A stretch of 42,307 bases of DNA from a bacterium (GTDB taxonomy: Bacteria > Electryoneota > Electryoneia > Electryoneales > Electryoneaceae), in contig JAZDLX010000171.1 of NCBI GenBank assembly GCA_043801585.1, positions 1 to 42,307 of the forward strand. Direction: 5' to 3'. Below are positions 17,092 through 26,984 of this stretch, one piece after another (positions within the stretch are counted from its first letter, which is position 1; each line of letters begins with the position of its first letter). The translations under genes and the position numbers were made by a program. A model generated the notes under the pieces. The model saw only the letters and a program-made list of their open reading frames with translations, did no database searches and was not told the origin of the DNA.

Positions 17092-18369
17092 TCAATCGGC
17101 GAGCAATGGCAACGCCAGAGGCGGACCTTCCACATCCGGCCAAGACGCGATCTCGCCAAGAACTTCCGCCAGTACATTCCGTGCGACAGGGTGAGTGAGA
17201 ATCCGAACCCGCCCACTCTGCACCGATCCTTTCGGGATGTGAGCGTTGGCATGAGTGATCGAGATGCCAGCCTCTCCGAGGGCGCTGGTGATCCGCCCGA
17301 TCACCCCAGGCTTGTCTACGATCACAAAACGCAGGTAATGGCGCAACTCCGGAGAACTGATCCGGGCTCTCTCGGTACGGATACGGATGCTCGGAAAGAA
17401 ACCCCGACTGCCTCCAATATCAACAACATCCGAAAGCACTCCACTCGCAGTGGGCATTGCACCCGCACCCTTCCCATAGTAGAGGATGTCCCCGACCGCG
17501 TCTCCGCGCAGGAGGACGGCATTGTTTTCATCATGGACACTGGCAAGGGGATGATCCAGCGGCACCAGGGTCGGATGGACACGGAGATCGAGGATGCCGT
17601 TGTCACCGTTCCTCGCTCCATACGCCAGCATTTTAATCGTGTATCCATACTCACGGGCGGCGTGCTCGTCGTCCGTCTCGATGGCGTCGATACCGAGACA
17701 GGGGATCTGTTCGGGTACGACCTTTGCAGAAAAGGCGATGGAAGCGAGAATCGTGAGTTTCTGAGCGACATCGGCGCCTGAAACATCCGCCGCAGGATCG
17801 GGTTCGGCGAAACCGAGGCGCTGAGCCTGTTGCAGCGCCTCCCCATAGGAAAGCCCCTCCCCCATCCTTGTCAGGATGTAATTCGTCGTTCCATTGACAA
17901 TCCCACAAAACGCTTCGATGCGGTTAGCGACCAATCCCTCCATCAGCGAACGGATGAGGGGAATTCCGGCGCAGACAGCCGCCTCGAATCCGACGTACCG
18001 TTTGGTCTTTTCACCGAGGAGCAGGATCTCCTCACCGTGCTCCGCCATCAGTCTTTTGTTTGCCGTGACGACATGCTTGCCCCGGCGCAACGCTCCGGTG
18101 ACAAGGGAATAAGCGGGGTCAAGGCCGCCGAGCAGTTCGACGACAATCTCGACCCGGTCATCACCAAGAACCGCCTCGAGATCGGTGGTCAGTTCAATAT
18201 CCTGGACGTCCCGTTGTTTCTTCGTGTCCCGGACCAGCGCCTTGACGATCCTGAAACGTTTCCCGGATTTTCGCTCGATAACGTCGCCGTTCTGGCGCAG
18301 CAGTTTTACCACACCCTGGGCAACATTTCCCAAACCGAGTAGCCCGAGTCCAATGGTTTCGGCACTCAT
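17092..18369 (-). CDS. hom: Homoserine dehydrogenase with C-terminal ACT domain
   Basis: GLLGLGNV, HVVTANK, FEAAVCAGIP, GIVNGTTNYIL, GFAEPDP, GKGAGAMPTAS, DKPGVIG (ACT). Confidence 0.96.
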   Translation of the reverse strand: MSAETIGLGLLGLGNVAQGVVKLLRQNGDVIERKSGKRFRIVKALVRDTKKQRDVQDIELTTDLEAVLGDDRVEIVVELLGGLDPAYSLVTGALRRGKHVVTANKRLMAEHGEEILLLGEKTKRYVGFEAAVCAGIPLIRSLMEGLVANRIEAFCGIVNGTTNYILTRMGEGLSYGEALQQAQRLGFAEPDPAADVSGADVAQKLTILASIAFSAKVVPEQIPCLGIDAIETDDEHAAREYGYTIKMLAYGARNGDNGILDLRVHPTLVPLDHPLASVHDENNAVLLRGDAVGDILYYGKGAGAMPTASGVLSDVVDIGGSRGFFPSIRIRTERARISSPELRHYLRFVIVDKPGVIGRITSALGEAGISITHANAHIPKGSVQSGRVRILTHPVARNVLAEVLGEIASWPDVEGPPLALPLLAD

Positions 18370-18396
18370 CCCTGACTCCCCTCCCGCACTGCCAGA

Positions 18397-19563
18397 CTAC
18401 GCCTTTGACGCCGCGGACAGCGCCGTTTTCAAATCCGCAATCAGATCCACACCGTTCTCCAGACCGCAGGAGATCCGAATCAGGCCGTCGTCAATCCCCG
18501 CACGGCGCCTTGCCTCCGGCTCCATGCTGGCGTGCGTCATCGAGGGCGGGTGCGCGATCAGGCTTTTGATCCCGCCGAGACTCTCGGCGATGGTGAAGAG
18601 TCCAAGGTTGGCAAAAAAGGCGTCGAATTGACTCTGCCCGCCTTTCAAGACGAAAGAGACCATTCCGCCAAAGTCGCTCATCTGCTTTTTCGCGATCTTG
18701 TGGTTCGGGTGGGATGGATGGCCGGGATAGTAGACGGTTTCAACAGCTTTATGTTTTTTCAGAAAGTCCGCGACAAGGTGGGCGTTTTCGCAATGACGCT
18801 GCATCCGCAGTTCCAGCGTTTTCAGTCCACGCAGCACGAGGAAGCAGTCCTGAGGTCCGGGAATCGCCCCAACTGCGTTCTGGTTGAAGCGCAGTTTGGC
18901 ACCCATCTCCTCATCGTTGGTGACCACGATACCACTGACCACGTCCGAATGGCCGTTGATGTATTTCGTTGCCGAATGGATGATGACGTCCGCACCGAGC
19001 TTCAATGGTAGCTGCAGGGCGGGAGTCGCAAAGGTGTTGTCCACGACAACCGTCACACCCTTTTGACGGGCAATTTTCGCAGCTCCAGCGAGGTCCGTGA
19101 TATTAAGCAATGGGTTGCTGGGTGATTCGAGCCAGAGCAGTCGGGTGTTCGGTTTAATCCCCTTCGTTACGTTGGCGAGATCGGTTGTGTTGACGAAGTC
19201 GAACTCGACACCGAACCGGGTAAAAATCTTTGTGAATTGCCGGTATGCGCCACCGTAGAGATCCTGCGCGGCGAGAACGTGGTCGCCGGTTTTCAACGTC
19301 AAAAGGATCGCGTTAATCGCCGCCAGCCCTGTTGCGAACGCCACGCCGATGCTGGCCTCTTCGAGGGATGCAACGGCATTTTCCAGTGCGGTGCGTGTCG
19401 GATTCTCACTGCGGCCATAGGAGAGTTGCTTTCCCTGATACTCTCGTGGATGCCCCGGAACATCCTGCGAATAGGTTGACGTCTGGTAGATCGGAAACGC
19501 CACCGCTCCGGTTGTCGGATCGTTGGGAGATCCGACATGGATCGCCTTTGTGCTGAACTGCAT
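18397..19563 (-). CDS. Cystathionine gamma-synthase / gamma-lyase family PLP enzyme (MetB-like by context)
   Basis: PIYQTSTY, YGRSENPTR, ESPSNP, VDNTFATP, HSATKYINGHSD (PLP Lys), ESLGG; AGGAGG RBS; cotranscribed with hom. Confidence 0.92.
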   Translation of the reverse strand: MQFSTKAIHVGSPNDPTTGAVAFPIYQTSTYSQDVPGHPREYQGKQLSYGRSENPTRTALENAVASLEEASIGVAFATGLAAINAILLTLKTGDHVLAAQDLYGGAYRQFTKIFTRFGVEFDFVNTTDLANVTKGIKPNTRLLWLESPSNPLLNITDLAGAAKIARQKGVTVVVDNTFATPALQLPLKLGADVIIHSATKYINGHSDVVSGIVVTNDEEMGAKLRFNQNAVGAIPGPQDCFLVLRGLKTLELRMQRHCENAHLVADFLKKHKAVETVYYPGHPSHPNHKIAKKQMSDFGGMVSFVLKGGQSQFDAFFANLGLFTIAESLGGIKSLIAHPPSMTHASMEPEARRRAGIDDGLIRISCGLENGVDLIADLKTALSAASKA

Positions 19564-19607
19564 CCTCTCCTCCTGCTGTTGAAATTCCGAGCAACACTGT
19601 CATGAAT

Positions 19608-19636
19608 AAAAAAACCCACCGGCTGTGCGGTGGGTT
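19608..19636 (-). terminator. Attenuator (intrinsic terminator) in the metB-like/hom leader
   Basis: Minus strand AACCCACCG-cacagc-CGGTGGG followed by TTTTTTT, 45 nt upstream of the start codon. Confidence 0.9.
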
Positions 19637-19661
19637 GCTGTTTCGTCCGGTTGTCCAGTCG

Positions 19662-19736
19662 CTACACGCCTCCCTCCGCACCCTCGCGGGGTCCGTACAT
19701 CTTCATCGATCCCATGATGAAAAGAGGGGTATCCAT
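19662..19736 (-). CDS. Putative Met-rich attenuator leader peptide MDTPLFIMGSMKMYGPREGAEGGV (24 aa)
   Basis: Manual translation; GGAG upstream; Met at codons 1, 8, 11 and 13; its 3' part contains a sequence complementary to the terminator 5' arm. Confidence 0.78.
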   Translation of the reverse strand: MDTPLFIMGSMKMYGPREGAEGGV

Positions 19737-19783
19737 CGATCTTCCACTCCTGCAGTTGCCGTTTCTCTGCGACTCTTCGGGAC

Positions 19784-19812
19784 AACGTAGAGGCGCGTTC
19801 AGGCGGGCGCAA
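19784..19812 (-). promoter_or_regulatory. Sigma70-type promoter for the leader-metB-like-hom transcript
   Basis: Minus strand TTGCGC-N17-TACGTT; same -35 as the tRNA promoter and same -10 as the ALDH promoter. Confidence 0.6.
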
Positions 19813-19977
19813 CTGATTTGTCTCCCGCGTCTCAACGAATACTCCGGGAGTTCTATTTGAAATGAATCATCAGCTCGTCATATACGGAGGCTGCGTCCGG
19901 CTCACGCACAAAGCGGGCGACGGGAGTATCGCCAGAACCAGTTCGCAGGTCGTACCCGAACGTCCGGATGCTATCGG

Positions 19978-21162
19978 TCACTCTCCTGACCGCAACCGCG
20001 TGGATTGTCGGGTGGTTCTGGTCGTCACTCCGTGTGAAGAACTCTCTTCCGTGTCAATGATCGCCGGAAGTACGTATTCGTGGAGGATGACTTCGGGCGG
20101 ATACGGCCGAGTGTTATACTCCTCAGCCGTGACGACGACAACGAGGTCCATCTCCCGGATGACATAGATCGCCTGCCCTCCCAGTCCCAGCGCGGCGGGC
20201 GCCCGCTGAACTCCGGAAAACTCCGTGATCGGCTCCAACCACCAGTGAAAACCGTATCCGCTCCCACTCTGAAAAAGGGTGGTGAGCTGAAACGACTGTT
20301 CCAGCCACTCCTCGGATACGATTCGCTGACCGTGATAGACGCCGTTTCCAAGAACGAGCGTTCCGATTTTCGCCATGTCCCGCGGACGGAGAGACAAACC
20401 CCATCCTCCATTGGTGATTTCGTTGGGAGTCAGACTCCAGGTCCAGTCAGTGATCTCCAGGGGTGCGAAAAGATGTTCGCTTGCGTACTGATCGGCCCGC
20501 ATGCCAACGGCTTCCTGGAAAATTGCGGACACCAGTGTCGAGACACCGCTGTTGTAGCAGAACTCGTTTCCCGGTGCGGCTGACATCGGAAGGTTCAATA
20601 CGAAGGCAACCCAATTCGAACTGTTGATCAGGAAACCTATGGGATTGTCCTCGCTGAAGTAGGGAATGCTCCATTCATCCCATTCAAATCCGGCGCGCAT
20701 CGTCAGCAGGTGACGCAATGTCAATCCGCTTTTCTGTTCGTCGTTGTCGATCAGGGATGCATACTGCGGGAGCAGAGTGGTCACGGAATCATCCACGTTT
20801 GGGAGTTTTTCGTCGTCGAAGGCCATCCCGACGAGCAAAGAGGCCACACTTTTTGTAACAGAATACACCGGGTGCGGAACATCCACCCCCCAATCGAAAC
20901 CGTACCACTCAAAGACTATTTGTTCGTGCCGCTGGATAAGGATCGAACTGATATCGCCGAGGCTTCCATCGCTGACATCCTGCTCGAGGCGGAGAAGTGC
21001 GTCTTGGTTAAATCCCAGGCTTTCAGGAACTGCAGGGATCGCGGCGTCGTGATCCACGGGGCTGCAGCTGATCACGTGAATCGTCAGTGCGATGGACAGC
21101 AGAAATACCATGAGGGTCAGGGCACGGGAAGATCGACGAAATGAAAGATTCGACGTCTTCAT
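19978..21162 (-). CDS. Serine hydrolase, beta-lactamase class C / NylB-like family, probable lipoprotein
   Basis: SVTKS (SxxK), LRHLLTMRAG, PGNEFCYNS, LRPRDMAKIG, GYGFHWW, GLGGQ; lipobox-like VISC; start uncertain. Confidence 0.88.
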   Translation of the reverse strand: MKTSNLSFRRSSRALTLMVFLLSIALTIHVISCSPVDHDAAIPAVPESLGFNQDALLRLEQDVSDGSLGDISSILIQRHEQIVFEWYGFDWGVDVPHPVYSVTKSVASLLVGMAFDDEKLPNVDDSVTTLLPQYASLIDNDEQKSGLTLRHLLTMRAGFEWDEWSIPYFSEDNPIGFLINSSNWVAFVLNLPMSAAPGNEFCYNSGVSTLVSAIFQEAVGMRADQYASEHLFAPLEITDWTWSLTPNEITNGGWGLSLRPRDMAKIGTLVLGNGVYHGQRIVSEEWLEQSFQLTTLFQSGSGYGFHWWLEPITEFSGVQRAPAALGLGGQAIYVIREMDLVVVVTAEEYNTRPYPPEVILHEYVLPAIIDTEESSSHGVTTRTTRQSTRLRSGE

Positions 21163-21531
21163 GCTGTTTCCTGATTTTTTCCAGGCCGGCTCGGACAAGT
21201 CAGAGTAGCATGTTTTTTATCGTGGAACAAGCAGTGGACTCGTAATATTCTTAACGCATCAGATGAACTGCCGATTCTCTTCCCACGTATTCCAAATAGA
21301 ATCTTACTCTTCAATCGACGGCGATGCAATTGTCCAATGAGTGGTCGACTGACGGACAAATGGTGCACGGACGAATGGACCATCTCTTAGAGGCTGCACA
21401 CCCGCAAATCTTGCAGAATAACCGGGTATTTCCATAACGTATAATTAATTAGTAATAACTTCTCTTAATTAACACATCGACTATGTTGCGTCTTATAAGG
21501 GGACTACTCGTTTATTCTCTGGTGAGGTTGT

Positions 21532-23124
21532 ATGGATTCACACGACTCAGTATCAAAGCCTACACCTTTTTCATTCTTCAATCAGCTTCTCCAGCTGATT
21601 CCTGACGGTGTTTTCACCTGGACACCGGACAAGGACGAAACTCTATTCAGTCCGCATCTGCGGGAAATGCTTGGCTATCCCGCCGATTTACTGCTTGCCG
21701 ATTGGAATGAATGGATCAGCCTCGTCCATCCTGACGATCAGGATACCGTCACCCATATTCTACAGAACAGCCTTCAGCACTCAGATCACCCCTTTGAATT
21801 CAACATTCGGTTGATCACCGCCCAGTCAACCACCCTGAAAGCACACTGCCGTGGGTGCGTGGTCCAGGATCCCGAGTCAAAGAAAGGACGGCCTACCGTT
21901 GTCCTGACCGTCGAGGGCAACACCAATCTACCGGAAGCATTACGTGTAATGTGGCAGACGGGAAAGCTTTATCGCACCACGATCAACAATATTCGTGAAA
22001 TTGTCTTTGTCGTGGACAGCAATCGAAAAGTCGTTCTGATGAATCGGATAATGAAACGCGCCCTGGCGCGATATGGGATGCGTGATGCGAAGGAGGGAAT
22101 GTCTCTTGAGAAGCTGTTGCAACCCTATCGACCCGATTACATGGAGCGCTACGAGAAAGTATTCGCGGAAGGAACAATCCTCTCCTTTGAAGCAGAGACC
22201 GAGGTCGAGGGTAAAAAACTCTGGGGTGACTGGACACAGGTTCCAATCAAGAATCAACACGGCAATGTGGTCTTTATCCTCACCACAGTGCGAGATATTA
22301 CTTCACAAAAAATCGCGGAGAGTGACCGTAAGCATTTTGAATCGGAGGCGATTGCACAATTCCACCTGACCCAGTTGGGGCTGCTTGCCGCCGAGTTGAT
22401 CCATGTCATGCGGAACCCGCTGACCATTCTCACCGTCAACAACAACATCGCGAAGGACAACGTGATAGAAGTACTGAATCGCGGCGAAGTGGATCCACAG
22501 GTTCTCTATGACACCCTCGATGAACTCGTCGAAAAACTTTCCGCCAATCAGCGAGGTATCGAGCGATTGAATCAACTTGTGGAGGAAATCCAGGATTACA
22601 CTCGCGTCAACAGCGATCTCTCGGAGAGCAAGGTTGTGGACATCAACGCAATCCTCGAGGCGGACGCGAAAATGATTTCAGTGAATTCCGCAATCAATGG
22701 AGATGTGGAAATTCGGGTTTCGCTATCCTCGAGTGCTCTCAACGCCAAAGTACCTCCGTACGTGATTACCCAGATCTTCCTGAATCTTGTCAATAACGGA
22801 ATGGAAGCGATGGAATCCAGTGAAACACGAGTGCTATCCATACGTTCCGGACAGGATGATGCCAACGTTTGGTTCGAAGTCAATGACACGGGGAGCGGCA
22901 TTCCATCACACATACATAAGAACCTCGGGCAACCATTTCTCACCACCAAAGCAGATCCGGAGACATCGGCCTTGGAGAGTAGAGGATCCGGACTGGGAAT
23001 CTATATGCTCCTCAGATCTTTAAAGCGTTTTAGTGGCGAAATGAAAGCCGAATCGGAACCCGGCAACACCCGGATACGGATTTTCTTTCCCAGATCCGAT
23101 GTGTCCGTGGAGACAGAATCATGA
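21532..23124 (+). CDS. Cytoplasmic PAS-PAS sensor histidine kinase
   Basis: VHPDD (PAS), second PAS ending RDIT, H-box LIHVMRNPL, N-box NLVNNG, DTGSGI, FLTTK, GSGLG. Confidence 0.9.
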   Translation: MDSHDSVSKPTPFSFFNQLLQLIPDGVFTWTPDKDETLFSPHLREMLGYPADLLLADWNEWISLVHPDDQDTVTHILQNSLQHSDHPFEFNIRLITAQSTTLKAHCRGCVVQDPESKKGRPTVVLTVEGNTNLPEALRVMWQTGKLYRTTINNIREIVFVVDSNRKVVLMNRIMKRALARYGMRDAKEGMSLEKLLQPYRPDYMERYEKVFAEGTILSFEAETEVEGKKLWGDWTQVPIKNQHGNVVFILTTVRDITSQKIAESDRKHFESEAIAQFHLTQLGLLAAELIHVMRNPLTILTVNNNIAKDNVIEVLNRGEVDPQVLYDTLDELVEKLSANQRGIERLNQLVEEIQDYTRVNSDLSESKVVDINAILEADAKMISVNSAINGDVEIRVSLSSSALNAKVPPYVITQIFLNLVNNGMEAMESSETRVLSIRSGQDDANVWFEVNDTGSGIPSHIHKNLGQPFLTTKADPETSALESRGSGLGIYMLLRSLKRFSGEMKAESEPGNTRIRIFFPRSDVSVETES

Positions 23125-24710
23125 ACGATCTGAGTGAAGGCAAAACACCCCAGGCGTTTGGGGAAGAAGTACCTCCGGAAAAGATTACCCGCGTCTTCGA
23201 ACATGTTCTCTCCGGTACCACAGACATCGTGCTTTTTGATGGCAACAGGGATTTCGACAGCCGAGTGCTCAGTCACCTTCACGGTAAGGTGAATAAACAC
23301 GTTCTGATCATCGATGACACGACTCCTCCACTTCCAAAAAGTCTTCTTGAAAAGAAGATCACGTTGCTAGGACGGGTTCAGTACTTTCAGGCAGGCCTGC
23401 ACCACAGAATTTCCTTCCAGACAAATGTGCTCAAGCGAGCGATTTATGTGGGGCATCAGGCCCTGTGGATGGACGTCCTGCTCCCGGTACGACTAGTGTC
23501 CAATCTGTACGTATCGATGCCCAGCGAAAACCACCCCGTGTTGCTGGAGATTCCGGTCGCGGGCGCACCACCACAGGTGCGGGTTATCGAGCTGAGCACC
23601 TCGAAGCTGAAAGTTTACGCACCGGAAGCAAAGAAACTGTTTCCAGAAGCAATAAATGTCGAGGGATTGAAACTTCAGCTCATTGACATCGGCAGGGCTC
23701 AACTGAGCGGAATCATGCGTGCCGTTTCACAGGAGCACGCAGAGCTGGATATTACAGAAGTGCAAGGTGACTCAAAAGGTCTGCTGGACGAGTATCTGAA
23801 TCACGATTTCCTCCGTACGCAGAAAAGGTCCATCTCAGCGTCTCCGTCTTCCTTTTCAATGCCCGAGGAGCCATCGCCGGTTCCCGTACAGGCCAACACT
23901 CTCTCAAAAACGGCTCTGGTCCTTGTCGAGCAGAGCTCAGTTCGTGAACGGTATGTCCGGGTACTTCAGGATCTGGGTTATCAGGTCGAGAAAGATTCCC
24001 GGTTCGAACTGGCGACCCCTGACATGGTTCGAGGGCGCAGCCTCCTGGTGATGGATGCGGTTCAAGCCCCCACTCATGCAGAGAGCTGGATCGAAACCTG
24101 GATCCAGGACGGTTTGATCCAACCCTGCCGGTTCATCCTCATCGGCGACGATGTCGATCCCGATCACCGGCGAAAATGGACCGGACTCGGTGAAGGGCTC
24201 TGTCTTCGACCCTCCTACCCGGCAGACTGGATCAGCAACCGTCTCATGAATTGGATTGCCGAATCATCCAGCGTAAGCCAGGAATCCCAGAGGGAGGAAA
24301 AAGAAAAATCTCCAGGCACAATCGATAGCAACGTTCGAATTCTCTGTGTGGACGATGAACTGGATATGCAGGAAGTCATCAAGGACGTATTAAACCGTGA
24401 AGGTTTCCAGGTGGTAACCGCTTCGAATGGACAGGAAGCCGTCCGACTCGCAAGACACAGCCATTTCGATTTGATCCTGCTTGACCTGCTGATGCCACAG
24501 TACAATGGAATCAGCACTCTCGAAACCATCCGCCAGTTCAGCAAGACAAAAGACATTCCCGTCATCATCGTCTCCGGGAACTACCCCGACGCCAGCGTTC
24601 ACAAGATCACAGATCTCGGAATCTCCGGTTTTATTGCGAAACCGTTCCGGCCAGAAGAACTGCTGGATAAAATCAAACGTGTCCTCGCGAGAAGAGTCAC
24701 CGACACATAG
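23121..24710 (+). CDS. Multidomain response regulator with an intact C-terminal receiver domain
   Basis: C-terminal ILCVDDE...DLILLDLLMP...VSG...AKPF; degenerate central REC; overlaps the kinase (ATGA). Confidence 0.85.
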   Translation: MNDLSEGKTPQAFGEEVPPEKITRVFEHVLSGTTDIVLFDGNRDFDSRVLSHLHGKVNKHVLIIDDTTPPLPKSLLEKKITLLGRVQYFQAGLHHRISFQTNVLKRAIYVGHQALWMDVLLPVRLVSNLYVSMPSENHPVLLEIPVAGAPPQVRVIELSTSKLKVYAPEAKKLFPEAINVEGLKLQLIDIGRAQLSGIMRAVSQEHAELDITEVQGDSKGLLDEYLNHDFLRTQKRSISASPSSFSMPEEPSPVPVQANTLSKTALVLVEQSSVRERYVRVLQDLGYQVEKDSRFELATPDMVRGRSLLVMDAVQAPTHAESWIETWIQDGLIQPCRFILIGDDVDPDHRRKWTGLGEGLCLRPSYPADWISNRLMNWIAESSSVSQESQREEKEKSPGTIDSNVRILCVDDELDMQEVIKDVLNREGFQVVTASNGQEAVRLARHSHFDLILLDLLMPQYNGISTLETIRQFSKTKDIPVIIVSGNYPDASVHKITDLGISGFIAKPFRPEELLDKIKRVLARRVTDT

Positions 24711-24854
24711 TATTCATTATGCCGGTTGATCCGATCCGTCCAGGTGGCAGGGATTCAATCTGTACCCGGAGCCGCGATGCTCTTTCGCTGCGGGCGTATT
24801 GCCGGCTCGTTCTTGCTCAATGGTTTTTGCCGATATGGACAATGTGTCCCCGAC

Positions 24855-24883
24855 AAAAAGCCCTGCCGACAGGCAGGGCTTTT
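24855..24883. terminator. Bidirectional intrinsic terminator between convergent genes
   Basis: AAAAAGCCCTGCC-gaca-GGCAGGGCTTTT. Confidence 0.8.
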
Positions 24884-24912
24884 CCTGTGGATTCGCGACA
24901 ATCGATCGTCCG

Positions 24913-26850
24913 TCATTTCTTCCTTTTGGGATCACCAACGAGCCGCAGCGACACCAGGTGGTGCGTGGAGGAAAGCATCGCCCTTGCCTCCACACGAAGG
25001 CGGTCCATGACATTGTCTTCATTCTCGATGTGTTCAAGTCCGGGATAGGAAAACAGATTCGTGCTTCCGTCGCGATTGCGGATCAGGAACCGGTCGCCTT
25101 CAATCAATCCTTCTTCCACATCCTTGACGATCAATGCCCGGTGATGGCCTGGACGAAACAGACTCGATCCATAGGAAGCGTTGATCCATTCTCCGCCAAG
25201 CAGATCCATCACCGACGCCGTGACATCCACCTGGCCCCCCACCGGGTCCAGAATCTCCGGTTGCAGCAGCCCCGGACCGTGGAGAACGAGGGGGACGTGG
25301 AATAAACTGGGATCGATGCTCACCTTGGGATTCCAGTTCACTCCGTGATCGCCGAGGATAACGATAATCGTGCTGTCACCCCACGAACTGGCATCCACCT
25401 GGTCGACAAAGCGTCCGAGAGCCCAATCGGCATAGAGGGTGGCGTTGAACCGTTTCTCGTGTTGCGTTCCAGGTGGAACGCGCGGCGACGGAACCCCCTC
25501 GGGGATCCTGAACGGACCGTGGTTTGTGCTGGTCAACAGGGTCACAAGGAACGGCTGTGGCAGGGATTGCATGTCCTCCAACGCCCGGTTGAACATCACA
25601 TGGTCGGGAACGCCAAGGGTAGACAGCACCTCGTTGGCCGGGAAATCGGGCTGGCCGATGACTCGGGAATAACCGTTCAAATGGAGAAATCCCTGCATAT
25701 TGTCGAAATGGGGGTCGTGAGGTACATAGAACCAGCAGGTGTATCCGCGTTGCTGCAACACACTCGCCAACCCGCCGAAATCCTGTTGCCCCTCGGAACG
25801 TTTCATCAGCGACTGGCCAAGCGGCGAGGGATAGCCCGTTACAGTGGAAAAGATCCCTGTGAACGTATGACTGCCGGAGGAGAAGAAGTTGGAGAAAAGA
25901 ACAGAATTCGCCGCAATCCTCTCCAGTTCCGGCCCCAGGTCCTCCACTCCCCCCTGTGACCGGATAAACACGCTGGCGAGTGATTCGCAGATGATCAGGA
26001 CCACGTTGTACCGATGGATCGGACCATCACGCTCAAGCCGTGCAATGGGGCTTTTCATGACGAACAGGGAGTCCTCGATTCCAAGAATTCTCCGGGTGCG
26101 CTCAAGGGAATCTTCAGCGGGCATCAAGTCACCCAGCACGTTCGCTTCATTCCGTTCATCCTGATCGATGATGGCATCCTGAACAAAGGTGTATGCACTA
26201 TTCAAGGCAAGCTGGTTGGCGAAATTGTATCCGCTGAAATAAGCGACTGACCAGTTAATCGGAGCTTTTTCGGATATCCGGCCGCGAATCATCAGCAACA
26301 ACGTCGCGAGGACAAGCAGGTAGATCCCCCCGGAACGCCAGAGGGGCTCCCGCCTGGGACTGTCAAGAAGTCGTTCGAGTTTGATCAGGGCATAGGCGAA
26401 GAAACCTGCGAGAATCATCCAGGCAACAACGTACGGGACGATCGGTGCCGCCTCCCAGACGATCTTCAGAGACAGCAGGGGAGTGTCCGTCCAACCGAAA
26501 ACGATGTGATTCAGCCGGGAATTGAACTGCCCGAAGAATTCCATGTCCACGATGCCGGCGAACATCGCGATGCTCCCGAACACGATCATCCATGTTCGGC
26601 CGATCCAACGCATCACGCGGGACGATGACCATCCGATCCAGGGTAGCATTCCGAACAGGGCGACGGGTGCGATGATGTAACCGGTCACGGTCAGATCGAA
26701 TCGCAACCCCACAAGGAAGGATTTCAGCAGCACACCGGGCGGAATTCCCTGAGCCAACGGTGCGTACCGAATAAGTAATGCCATACGGATGAGTTCGAAA
26801 ATCAGAATAAGCAGTGCAGCCACCGCACAACAATACCGTAATCTTGGCAT
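24913..26850 (-). CDS. LTA synthase family / phosphoglycerol transferase-like sulfatase-fold membrane protein
   Basis: GLRFDL and N-terminal TMs, NVVLIICES, catalytic-position Thr in SGSHT, TSTNHGPF, YADWALG, GDHG, HVPL. Confidence 0.88.
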   Translation of the reverse strand: MPRLRYCCAVAALLILIFELIRMALLIRYAPLAQGIPPGVLLKSFLVGLRFDLTVTGYIIAPVALFGMLPWIGWSSSRVMRWIGRTWMIVFGSIAMFAGIVDMEFFGQFNSRLNHIVFGWTDTPLLSLKIVWEAAPIVPYVVAWMILAGFFAYALIKLERLLDSPRREPLWRSGGIYLLVLATLLLMIRGRISEKAPINWSVAYFSGYNFANQLALNSAYTFVQDAIIDQDERNEANVLGDLMPAEDSLERTRRILGIEDSLFVMKSPIARLERDGPIHRYNVVLIICESLASVFIRSQGGVEDLGPELERIAANSVLFSNFFSSGSHTFTGIFSTVTGYPSPLGQSLMKRSEGQQDFGGLASVLQQRGYTCWFYVPHDPHFDNMQGFLHLNGYSRVIGQPDFPANEVLSTLGVPDHVMFNRALEDMQSLPQPFLVTLLTSTNHGPFRIPEGVPSPRVPPGTQHEKRFNATLYADWALGRFVDQVDASSWGDSTIIVILGDHGVNWNPKVSIDPSLFHVPLVLHGPGLLQPEILDPVGGQVDVTASVMDLLGGEWINASYGSSLFRPGHHRALIVKDVEEGLIEGDRFLIRNRDGSTNLFSYPGLEHIENEDNVMDRLRVEARAMLSSTHHLVSLRLVGDPKRKK

Positions 26851-26984
26851 CGTACATTGCTCCCGTCACTGAAAGGTTCCCACCCCATGAGACCGAAAGG
26901 TAGGATGAAGCAGAGTCGGCTTCAATCTTGAGGCTCGCCTTTCGTTTGATTACCGTTGCTATGGTCGGATAACCGGGATGGTGG

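Noticed and set aside
16673..17198. ORFs 16673-17143 (-) and 16803-17198 (+) as repeat proteins
   Set aside because: They are open mainly because the 129-bp period is a multiple of 3; substitutions show no synonymous bias and both ORFs overlap real features
19600..19800. SAM-I riboswitch or T-box upstream of the metB-like gene
   Set aside because: No AUCNAGAG...GCAACC...GUGC...GAU SAM-I core arrangement and no T-box AGGGUGGNACCGCG motif; the leader-peptide model explains all elements
21200..24710. Horizontally acquired island (AT-rich intergenic region and visibly lower-GC two-component genes)
   Set aside because: No mobility genes or boundary repeats; the composition shift is modest and was not quantified
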